Source: Bugula neritina (taxonomy: Eukaryota; Animalia; Bryozoa). From it: a DNA stretch of 64,000 nucleotides. Both the position numbers and the translations under genes were made by a program. Location: positions 5,427,190 to 5,491,189 of the forward strand of contig OZ037771.1 of NCBI GenBank assembly GCA_964035545.1, read 5' to 3'. Shown here in pieces: positions 1 through 10,657 of the stretch. Within the stretch, counting starts at the first letter, position 1; every line of letters starts with the position of its first letter. Under the pieces are notes generated by a model, which worked only from the letters and a program-made list of their open reading frames with translations, was not told the DNA's origin and did no database searches.

Positions 1-1226
1 CATACCGGGAAACGCATAAAAGTAAGTAAAGATTGCATAAAAATAGTAGATAGTCACTAAATTTATTTAGCAAAGATCAATTTTGAGAATCACCCAAGCC
101 TTAAAACTTGGATAATAAGCTTGCACAGTTGAGCAAATTTCTCATCAAATTGATATTCAGTACCTCATGTTGTATAAATGTGTTGTAAACATCATGACAT
201 ATATTACCTATCAATAATTTAAAAGTTCAATACTTTAAATTATGACGTGCTAGCTGATATTGATTTTATGTCAGATTGTATTCAGAGCTAATTCCTATGC
301 AAAAATATTCTGCTTGAAGCTCTATATTCACTGTTTTATTAAAATTAATTGCTCTAAAAAACTTAAAATTTTTCTGGTATTTCTTGGCAAGCTTTACTGC
401 CGTAATCAAATTTTATCCAATTATTCACACTACAATAAACCTGCTATTTATGAATACATCTTTTGCTTCAGCTAATTCCATTTTGCTCTCTGTTAATATT
501 TTATAGCATATTTTATTAGCTAGATGTTATCACAATTATGCTATATATATTATTTAAAATTTTGAACAAAAAATATATATTGAAATGTGTAGGTTGTTAG
601 CTTCTTATTTTCCCATATACACCAGCTGAGAGCAGATAGTAAACATGTTTTTAAAAAATGGCTTTCATTGTTAATTTGTAGCCTGTGAAATTATTGCTTG
701 GTAATTATTATGAAGCTTTTGCTGCTCGGGGCCCCAAAATCTAAGCCAATACTGACCTGGAAACTTAAGCTTTGCAATATAGAAACAGAACAATATACGT
801 TATATAGTCTCTATTAAATGACATCGCTACTCAAAGCTGGGGGATAGCACACTACCCAACTTCACTGCTAATATTGCTGATATGTATCTAATAATCTGCT
901 CTCTTAACCATTTAGGATCAATAGCTGAAAAATTGAGATAGCCTATGTTCTTTAAATTTCATTATAAATTTTGGTTTGGGGCACGGATTGAAATTCTTGC
1001 GAGAACATAACTTCTTTTGCTACATTTTTAATCTAGAACACAGGCTTGTCTTAATTTCTTAGTTACTGCACCTGCCACCTCCTAACAAGGAAGTTTTTGC
1101 CATAGCCTACAAGAGTTTGTGCTTTGCAGTTATAGCTTCATTCTTACGACAGCTTACAGTAGCAACGCTGGGTTTTGATGTAAAAAGTTATAATAGCTTC
1201 TATAGTTGTTATTTAAAAAAAACTTT

Positions 1227-1298
1227 GCCCCCACTGAGATTCGAACTTGAGACCTCCGGCTTGCAAGCAATTATGTGCATCATTACACCACTAGGACC
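1227..1298 (-). pseudogene. Degenerate tRNA-like sequence (tRNA pseudogene or SINE head)
   Basis: Minus strand GGTCCTAGTGGTGTAATG...CTTGCAA...AGTTCGAATCTCAGTGGGGGC has A-box and B-box, but the anticodon and T stems are mispaired. Confidence 0.55.
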
Positions 1299-1377
1299 AC
1301 TGGGTGATCACAACACTACATGTTACATACACATAATGGCTGGCAATATTCCGTGACTGCGAAAACACACAACTTAC

Positions 1378-1542
1378 ATGATAAAGGTGTGGAAAAGCTG
1401 AACAAATGAAGATCTCCAGATGCAAAATAGCCAGCAGAAAACCAGAAACAGAAAGTAAGCTCTGGAAGATCTGGTAGACTCTCCTGGTACAGGTAGGTGC
1501 TGATGGTGTGCTGTTGATGGTATACAGGCAGCCGTAGAGCAT
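1378..1542 (-). CDS. Internal exon of a pentraxin/LamG-like domain protein (partial gene)
   Basis: TTTCAG| acceptor and |GTAAGT donor bound a 165-nt phase 1-1 exon reading ALRLPVYHQQHTISTYLYQESLPDLPELTFCFWFSAGYFASGDLHLFSFSTPLS. The LP-L-x-T-x-C-F-W ... LFSF-T pattern resembles the pentraxin N-terminal strands. Other exons are not securely placed; a possible next exon starts at 924. Confidence 0.55.
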
Positions 1543-2566
1543 CTGAAACTAAGAAAAACTGAGTCATAGTTTTGTTTGATGATTTGTTTATACATGCATG
1601 GTATACTACACTATTAAATTTCTATATAAAATACTATGAATTAATTAAAGGCACTCGCATAAAACTTGATTATTATTTTAGTCGCGATTTAAATGTTTAT
1701 GCTTTCGGAAGAACACAGTTGTACATTAACAAGTACCACTGAGACTAAATTGTTTACAATGTTTTTTCCTATTATTCATGTTGAACTAGTCATGCTTTTC
1801 TGACTAAATTTCTACGTAACTATACTTTCTAATGTGTGATAAAACAATGCAAGTAATGCACAGCTCATTAACACTTTAGTGCAAATTACTACGTATAATC
1901 ATGGCAATATGAAGACTTCAATCCCGCTTAGCATTAAAAGCTACATTTATTTTCTATTGCCAAAGTTAAAATTTGTTGTGCATGTGAAGAGTTTCTTATA
2001 GAAAGAGTGCTGCAATACAAACATTGCTGAAAATTTAATAAAGAAACACCAAGTTAAATTAATACATCAGAAATTCTTTGCGATTGAGTATAAAGTTAAA
2101 TTAAGAGCCAGTTTAGCACCCTTCCCCCCTCCTCAGCATTAAATGATTATGCAGATAAGTCTAGTTAAAGTGCAATGTTACACAGACGATTCTTTATGCT
2201 GCAGCATGCTATGAGTCCTCAATACCAACAAATTAAGACTTGCATGGTTAATCTAGGATTTCGAGCTTTTTGTGTGACACACCCACCTAAATTTCTTCCA
2301 AATAGAATGCATCCTATGATTATTGAAAGAAGGTGAGAATTCATGCCTCCAGATATAAGACGTAGATACATGTCTCTGCAGACCAGTGCTTCACAACTGA
2401 AATAATATGAACTTCACAATACAATTTAAATTACACTGATCCATAATCTGCCACAGCTTTACTGGATAATCATCATAGAAGAATTGATTTCACAGAAATT
2501 CTGTTTACAAGGTCAAAAGGGAGAGAACTCCCAGTTGGTCATTATACTAGTGTATATCTACACTCC

Positions 2567-2775
2567 CGCAAGTTTATAGTCACCATCCCTGTGAGAAAAC
2601 CTCTGATGGAAGGGGTTTTTTTTTGTTAAATCAGGCTAAGGACTTATTCAGAGGAGGCACAGGAGCAATTATGACTGGATGCTCTCCCTAACATCACCAA
2701 TAGCCTTTGCCGGCTCAAACCCTTAACTTCAAGTTTACTAGGCAAACACTCTAACTTCTAGACTACGGACACCCC
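2567..2775 (-). mobile_element. tRNA-derived SINE, family 1, copy 1
   Basis: Homologous to 3836-4035 (+), 8547-8745 (-) and 23013-23171 (-). Has a tRNA-like head, then TTGGTGATGTTAGGGAGAGCATCCAGTCATAATTGCTCCTGTGCC...GAATAAGTCCTTAGCC. Confidence 0.8.
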
Positions 2776-3333
2776 TTATCCTGTGCAAGTATACTTATAA
2801 TATTGTAAACTGTTGTTATGATCATATCATGAAGCAGAGAACTGCCAAGAGCACCAGACTCCAGGAGGAAAATAATTAGCCAGACATTGAAAAAGGTGCG
2901 CTTACTACTGAGCTAACCGGAGTAGCTCTAAAGTGCATGGAACTCTATTTACATGGTTGATCTACATAACACTGATAAACTGTGTTACTTGCAAAGATCA
3001 CTAGGTGCATGCAGGAAATCAATGATTATTATAATATATTTAATTATATTAGGTGCTTGATGATGTTTATATATTATGTTTTATTTTGTTTCTATGATGC
3101 AGTAGGTTGTGTAAACTGAATAGGAAAAGTAACAAATTCACAAGGGAAATGATGTTTGCAGAACTTTATTCACAATTTACTTATACAATTGGTAAAATCA
3201 TCTTCGTGGTACCATTCAGCAATAAAACCTTCATAATCTAGAAAAAGTGTGAGAGTAAAGAGTTGAGGAGATTGCAGTAGTTGGTGTATGACTAGTCCGT
3301 CTCAAAACACATCAACATAGTTTGGTGCTGAGT

Positions 3334-5303
3334 CTATTCATAAACCCAGGCTTCTGAACAGCTTGTCCACTGCACCAGTTCTTCAGGCTTGAACCAAAGA
3401 GCTACTTCTTTAGCTCCACTCTCGGGGGAGTCACTACCGTGACAGACATTCCTGCAGGTACACAGCAGCATGTATATGTATAACCGAATAGTGTGCACTA
3501 AAATAAAGCTGGCTGTTAAGTGTCATATTTAGTGAAATGTATACTCTTAACGTCCCACCATTACACAGATTACATAACAGTAAACTCTGTACCTTCCGAT
3601 ATCAATGCAGAAGTCCCCTCGTACAGTTCCCATGGCTGAATCTTGAGGATGAGTAGCTCCTAGAATGAGGCGTCCATACTTTGCAGCCTGGCTACCTTCC
3701 CATGCCTGCCAACAGAGGAAGTGTGTGGTTCAGCTTACAAACGATTGGTTGAATTGTTAAGTATAACTTAGTACAACTAGCACTAAAAGACAGAAATGTA
3801 GCATATGTTATACTACACCATGTTGCACTAAACTAGGGAGTAGCCGTGGTCTAGGGGTTAGAGTGGTTGCCTCGTAAACACGAAGTCATGGGTTCAAACC
3901 CCAACAGATACCATTGGTGGTGTCAGGAAGAGCATCTAGTCATAATTGCTCCTGTGCCCCATCTGAATAAGTCCTTAGCCCAATTTAACAAAAAATCTTT
4001 CAATCATAGTTTCTCACAGAAAGGGCAACTATAAAAGTTTTATTATGTTGCACTAGAATATTATATTTCCTGTATTGCATCATGCAGTGCTGTATTACAT
4101 TGTGTTATACTGTATTGTGTTACATTACCATAATATACTAAAAGAACTTACCATGGCACAGACTGGCCCACTGGCCATATACTTCACAAGTCCTGGGAAA
4201 AATGATTTGCTTGAGAGATCAGCGTAATGTACTCGTAGATGTTCTTCAGTTGGCTGAACAAAACAAACACAACATATAGACAGTTAGAAATCTAAAGAGA
4301 GTTGAATTCCAGTTTTGAGAACTCATAGGGTTGGTTTGGTTTCAAATCACACCAAAATTATGGGCAGTTCACCATTAGCAGATTATATTTCTAAGCTAAG
4401 AGAGGTAAGGTGATCTTGTAACCATGTAAGAAAATAAAGCTACTAGTAGTTAGGTATTCACTTAGGCTCAATATAACATAGTCTTAAAGTATACTGCTTT
4501 GTCTATGAATCAAAAATTATCTTCAATAGCTAGAGCATGGACAATGACATATTTATTTTTTTAAACTTGGCCTTAGTTTTCATGTTAGAAATATAAATAT
4601 TTAAAGTGACACCAACAGCAGCAATAGCTGATTGATCGCAATAAATAGGAATGGGCCATTGATTTAAAATGCTTCCAAGTTAGTTTCACTAAAAGTAAGT
4701 CTAATATGGATATTCTCTTGAGATCTTACCCTTCAAAATTTAAACATATTGATATATTTTTAATAAGCTAGATAGCCATAAAATTACTGTGAGTTCGTTA
4801 ATTAGATATTCATAATCATATCATTATCAATATCATAATGACTACGATAATCATAAATATTAAAAATATATCTAGCGAGTTAATCAGCTATACTTATAGT
4901 TATTATCAACTTCACAATGACAAATAACAATTACACTTACACCGATATATAAATATTTATATTAACATTTAATTTAAATTATAACTTACAAACTTAAGCT
5001 TGAACTTCCAACTTCAACTTGAAGAAAATTCGAAATACTAATGACTCAATATAAATACTGTAAGTGTAAGTGTAACACCAACAGTAACACTGACAGTGAC
5101 TGTAAGTTTTAATTTAACTTCAAGCCTACCTGCATAAATTTCATTGCTACCAACTTAAGTCCTTTTTTCTCAAATCTAGAGATGATCTCCCCAATCAGTC
5201 CTCTTTGAACACCATCAGGCTTTACCATAATAAACGTTCTTTCGCGTGTCTGAGCCATTGCAGGTGAAAATGAAGAAAATATTGCAAGGAATGCGAGCAC
5301 CAT
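3334..5303 (-). CDS. NME: Nucleoside diphosphate kinase (group I NME/NM23/awd)
   Basis: Exons 5130-5303 (second in-frame ATG at 5258), 4152-4253, 3593-3705, 3334-3451, all GT-AG and phase-consistent. Motifs [35 protein letters not shown] and catalytic RNVCHGSDS; C-terminus WVYE*; AATAAA at 3165-3170. Confidence 0.97.
3836..4035 (+). mobile_element. tRNA-derived SINE, family 1, copy 2 (in NDK intron 2)
   Basis: A-box GTGGTCTAGGGGTTAG and B-box GGTTCAAACCC, then GGTGTCAGGAAGAGCATC core. Inverted homolog of 2567-2775. Confidence 0.82.
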
Positions 5304-5769
5304 GAAGAGATTAGTCAAAAAGGATTCTTCCACGCTAAGCCGGTTATATTTTACTTAGTTCCGTAGCTCTAGCGTCATAATTGGATACTTATATCAAGTA
5401 TAAAAACCGATATTTATAACTGAGTTATCAAATCAAAGGCTAGCAAAAAAAATGTTGTAGGAGACAACTTTGGATAAAGTTGTATCCTCTGAAATGGATC
5501 GAAATAATACTTTCTAGCTCATTGGCCGTATCTTACCAGACCATTTTAGAAAATGAGAACGCAACTACCGAAGCAGTCATTACTGCACATTATATCGAAG
5601 ATTTTCAAAATGATTGCTACTTGCAGCACGAGTTGTAGCAGATTTACATTAGTTACCCTGTTTTCAGCAGTCTGATATGACATCTGAATTTGTCAAAACT
5701 ATGAAGCTGAACAACAAACTACTATCTTTGTTCACATTTCATGTAATACTTATATAATGATAGCAATTA

Positions 5770-5992
5770 GCTTGGATTGTGCAGATGCTATATAATTGCT
5801 GTGCCACTGTGTAGAGAAACCGGAGTACCCTGCAGTCGCATACCTGCGGGTAAATCTACCAATTTCCTGAGGACTGCACACATGCAAGATTTCATGTTTC
5901 AAACGGGGCCAACAACTCCAGTTGGATCTTGTTTGTTTAATAAACCCGGAGATTTCAGTCAATACTCAAGCCTAACTGCACTAATCACTACT
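5770..5992 (-). mobile_element. Degenerate SINE of a second family (V-SINE-like motif)
   Basis: Minus strand contains GGGTACTCCGGTTTCTC, a motif recalled from V-type SINE cores, downstream of a weak tRNA-like head. Single copy in the window. Confidence 0.35.
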
Positions 5993-6460
5993 TCACAAAT
6001 TTAAATATAACTCAACTTATGAAAGAACACAATACACATTTACGTGATATCAGTAACTAGGTAGAAATTCACCATGAAACGTGTGACTGCTTGCGAGTGG
6101 TAAAACTGGTGTTTTGGGTCATAAATGCTACTTAAAACTGCTAAATAAGCCAAATGTAGTGTAACTGGCCTAAACATACATACAGCCTACAAGCTAATGT
6201 TCTGGTTATTCTATCTATGCAGAAAACAGACACATATAGCCAATCAAGATGCTTTTTTTAAATGGCATTCAAGGCACACAATGTGAAGACAACTTCTTAT
6301 AAACTTGAGCTTTATTATACAATATATAAAAAATTGAATTTCATGTCTAAAAGAGATTGTCACATATCAACGTTTTCAATTACCTAAACTATTTACAATC
6401 GTTTTTAAAAAACCTATTCAGTATTGCGGATATTCCGGAATCACAACAGAACTAAAATAA

Positions 6461-9400
6461 TCATGGAGGTGATTTGTAGAAGACATCTACAGTAGTCTGC
6501 CGGCATGGCCTTAGATCATAGTTGAACGCACCAATGGCCAACTTTCCAGGGGAGGGTTTGAAGTAGTCCAACCCTCGTCCAATCTTTATTGTCCAGTTAT
6601 TACTTAATCTACAATGAGTACAAAACATGTACATAAGTATAATATCTAAACTCAGAGTAGAAAAATTTGTACGCTGAATATACTTGGTGTTCAGGGAAGT
6701 ACTTCTTTGCCGAGAATGATACCTTTCATATCAAATATTTACTGACATGCTTAATTTCATATAGATCAAGATATTTAAAGACTAACAATGTTATGCATTT
6801 CCTGCTTTTTACATTTGTTTACATTTAGTTACTAACTTATCTTTCAACAGTGAATGCGGAAGGAGCAAGTAGGGAAAAATCAAGAAAATTATTTTTTATC
6901 TTTGCATTATTTGGGAAAAATTAATATGGAAAATCTAATTAAGGCAACCTCATGAGAATGATGAGTCATAATAATCATTCCTATAAATCCATTTAGTTTT
7001 GCCTTCAATGAACTAATATAAAATGATATATTCATAATGATATGATGGAGAAAACTTGAGTATCAGAGCATAAAAACTTCAACTGAGAAACTTTGAAAAC
7101 TTTTAGTTCAGCAAATTGCATGAGCCAACCAGTATTTCAGTGTTAGACTGCATTGCGAGTGTCACGGGCTAAGCATTAGACTAAGTAACACACCGAATCT
7201 CCCGATCATGTAGACTGCTGGAGAACTCTGTGTGGAGTGTGACATGGTGAGTGGCTAAACTGCTGCCAATTTCTGCCAGCTTCGTCTGCTGTTGCTGATG
7301 ATCAGTTGTGTCAGCACTGGTTCTCAGCTTGATCTCTCTGAGCCCACATTGAGATTTCACCAGCAACTCAGCAAGCTTCAGGAAATTTACAATCTACAAT
7401 AGATATACACCTGGTCTATAGTATATTATATACCTGGTGTGTAGTATATTATATACCTGCAGTGTAGGATATATACCTGTAGCTAGTGTAGGATGTATAC
7501 ATGTAGTGTAGGATATATACCTGTAGTGTAGGATATATACCTGATGATGAGAACGTACGTAAGGATCATCTATCTCCACTCTCTCACACTTTTCTAGCAG
7601 AAACCTGCTTACTAGTGACTCATAAGAGAAACCAGTAGAATTTTCTTCTATAAAAATCTGCTCATGATACCTCCCAGCTGAAAGAGCAAAAAAACAGCAA
7701 CTAATCATCTTGAAGTTATATTTTAATAGTTAAATCATTAGAATTGACACCATATAAAAATTTTCATAAACTGTGTTATTGTATAACTGTATTACTGTAT
7801 AATTACTGTATTACTATATTACTGTGTTACTGTATTACTGTATAACTGTATTACTGCATCATTGTGTTACTGTATAACTGTATTACTGTGTTACTATATT
7901 ACTGTGTTACTGTATTACTGTATAACTGTGTTACTGTGTTACTGTATTACTGTGTTACTGTATTACTGTGTTACTGTATTACTGTGTTACTGTATAACTG
8001 TATTACTGTGTTACTGTATTACTGTATTACTGTGTTACTGTATAATTACTGTGTTACTGTATTACTGTGTTACTGTGTTACTGTATTACTGTGTTACTGT
8101 ACAGATGAAAAAGTAGTTTAAGTGTCATGGTTTATTCAATATTTTGTTGCCAAGATTGTATAATTTAGTTGTAAAATATTTCAAAAAGAATGAAGCTGTA
8201 TATTGAATATAGTGAATTTCATTCAATCATCTGGTTTTTAATAATTATTACACATGTATGATCGATATGGTATGATATCTGGAAAAGGCTTTTGAAGAAC
8301 TCCTCAGCAGGTTAATAAAATAAAACTTTGATAAATTAATTTTATACTTTTTTGGTCTTCATAAATTTTACATTTCACAGGCCATTGTCATAGAAGCTAT
8401 AAAGACTGAGTAAACAATAATTGTTAGTAGGTACCTTCGGTATTAGATAATTTCATTAAAACCTGTTCAAGATAATGCAGAAATTGGAAATAAATCATAT
8501 AATTTGCATCATAAAACATACTTGAAATCAACTTAATATAAACTTACGCAAGTTTATAGTCACTATCCCTGTGAAAAGAGTTTTGGGGTTTTGTTAAATT
8601 GGGCTAAGGACTTATTCAGATGAGGCACAGAAGCAATTATGACTGGATGCTCTTTCTGACATCACCAATGGCCTTTACTGGGCATCGAACTAATGACTTT
8701 GGGTTTACTAAGCAAGTGCTTTAACCCCTAGACAATGGCTGCTTCTATTTAAATCAACTCAATATATATCCAACAATTATGAAGAACTAAAGGTCTCCAT
8801 CAAAATAATATGAACATCAAGTTTAAAATCTTACTTGTCTTTTCCTTATCTATGTGACTTTTGATCCACTCAGCTCTATCCATGTACTCCACCATTTTGT
8901 TTCTTAGTGCTGCCTTCCCAGCTTCACTCCGTCCTGTGGCTACAACGACACTCCAGTTACATGCTACTGTGTAACAAGTTTATTATGTTTTAGAGTTGTG
9001 TTCCCATGAAATTGTATTCTAAAAATCCTAATATAAATCTTATTGTAACTGTAAGTATTCAAATCTAGGATTCTTATGCAATGTGAAAAATCTTTCACTT
9101 TTCCAAATAATTTCAGCCACCTCTAAATAGTGTGACTGACAGTTTATCACGGATAAATTATACCTAAAGACTTTCTGAAATTTAAACAATTTTTTTCTGT
9201 AACATTTAGAGCTATGAAAAAAATGTATCACTCTGCTTGTAAATGATTGGGCTTGTACATTTTTTGACATTTAAATCATCAAATTTACGACTAGCTTTTA
9301 GCTATTTTAGAAAATATACAATTCAAACAGGGCATGTATATGAACTAGTGATGTTGGCACTAAAGTCTCCAGTCTACGAGTACCTTTACTAGCCTGCATC

Positions 9401-9525
9401 AATAGCTGCAAGCCTTCCTGGTAACATATTAAACTCTCTGTATATCGCTTGCTCCGGTCCAATTCAATGGCTCGTTTGATCAGCCCAATACCAAAAGTTT
9501 CCAGACCACCTGTGATGTCAGACAT
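6461..9525 (-). CDS. MITD1: MIT domain-containing protein 1 (MIT + PLD-like domain; ESCRT-III partner)
   Basis: Exons 9384-9525, 8835-8939, 7541-7677, 7194-7393, 6461-6608, phase-consistent. MIT motif AIELD..KRY.E.L.CYQEG...EYMDRAE; C-domain [32 protein letters not shown] and DLRPCRQTTVDVF. Confidence 0.95.
7401..7543. repeat. Minisatellite (~20-24 bp) built from the MITD1 splice donor
   Basis: About 7 copies of minus-strand CAGGTATATATCCTACACTA fill the 147-nt intron. Confidence 0.85.
7772..8101. repeat. 8-bp tandem repeat (TTACTGTR)n
   Basis: Directly visible; explains the spurious ORFs at 7862-8121. Confidence 0.95.
8547..8745 (-). mobile_element. tRNA-derived SINE, family 1, copy 3
   Basis: Colinear with 2567-2775 (GCTAAGGACTTATTCAGA..GGCACAG.AGCAATTATGACTGGATGCTC). 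Confidence 0.82.
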
Positions 9526-9721
9526 TCTACAAGGACAATTAATCACATGCAAATATTACTCATATATTTCCCACCACACATTCAGCGATTATTAGCTAAG
9601 GGCAGCTTGGTGATAGCTTCTTACTGGAGAGACAGTTCTTGGAGAACTGTTAGAAGTATAATCAATAGTTCACAGAGAGCTCATGATTTGAGCCAAAACA
9701 CTAGCCTAGCTATCATACTAC

Positions 9722-9880
9722 TAGTCTGTCATGCTGTTAGTCTGTCATGCTGTTAGTCTGTCATGCTGTTAGTCTGTCATAGTATTAGTCTATCATAGTA
9801 TTAGCTTATCATAGTATTAGTCTATCATAGTATTAGTCTGTCATAGTATTATTCCATCACAGTATTAGTCTATCATACCA
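9722..9880. repeat. 15-bp minisatellite (TTAGTCTGTCATGCTG-like)
   Basis: Tandem copies visible upstream of the MITD1 start. Confidence 0.85.
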
Positions 9881-10657
9881 TAAGCCTATCTTGTTACCAA
9901 CCATTGCAATCATTGTAATTAACACATATTTAATTTTGCAAGCTACAAATCCTATCAAATTCTGCAACAAAAAATTATATAGATGTACTGGCAGGATTAC
10001 CGTCTATGTGCTGCATTATTCTAAGTTTTGAGCCAATAATCACCTTCAACTACAAATAATGTAATTTGGGGGGGGGGGGGTAGAAAAACCAGAAGTTGTG
10101 TAATAACACCAGCTGTTGCAGTTACAAACAGGTGAAAATAAGTTGAACAGGAGACTGGATGTTTAACATCATAGATTTCACCTGTTCCTTACAACTTTTA
10201 AAGTAGCAATCTACAACTGCTTGTCCCAAAGAGCCAAGGATTTGAGTTTTCACCCTGACATTAACAGATAAAGTAAATTGCTACTGCAAACTCATTTAAA
10301 AAAAAACCGTTAGATTTGATTGCTTTTCCTCCATATTAATCTAACAAATTGTAAATTATGTAAAAGGTTAATTGCTAGTTTCACTTGAAGAAAAACAGCA
10401 GCACGTGAAATAAGCAAATGTCAGTAGCACTTGTTGAAAGCTTTCCAAGTGACTGCAAGATGCACTCTGCAACTGCTTTCTAAACGCTTTGACTGTGAGC
10501 ACAGAAGAGCTAGTTTAAATGCTAAATTACTGCCCCCAAACATTTCACGAAAACAAGACAGTTATAACTATTGAAATAAATATTGTATTTAGAAAAACCA
10601 ATCAACATTTAAAAAACAATAACAATATAGTTCAGAGATTGAGTCATGAAATCATCG

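Noticed and set aside
1227-1298. Functional tRNA-Ala(TGC)
   Set aside because: The acceptor, anticodon and T stems contain multiple mismatches. Similar tRNA-like fragments at ~12683-12751 and ~38299-38355 are likewise degenerate.
2341-2900. Upstream exons or signal peptide of the pentraxin-like gene
   Set aside because: Hydrophobic open stretches exist, but no consistent start and splice chain could be built.
9526-10657. Operon or SL trans-splicing of co-directional IGHMBP2-MITD1-NDK (the MITD1 ATG directly follows a splice acceptor)
   Set aside because: Plausible cis donors exist upstream (e.g. CAG|GTGAAA near 10180) and there is room for a promoter. It cannot be supported without 5'-end data.
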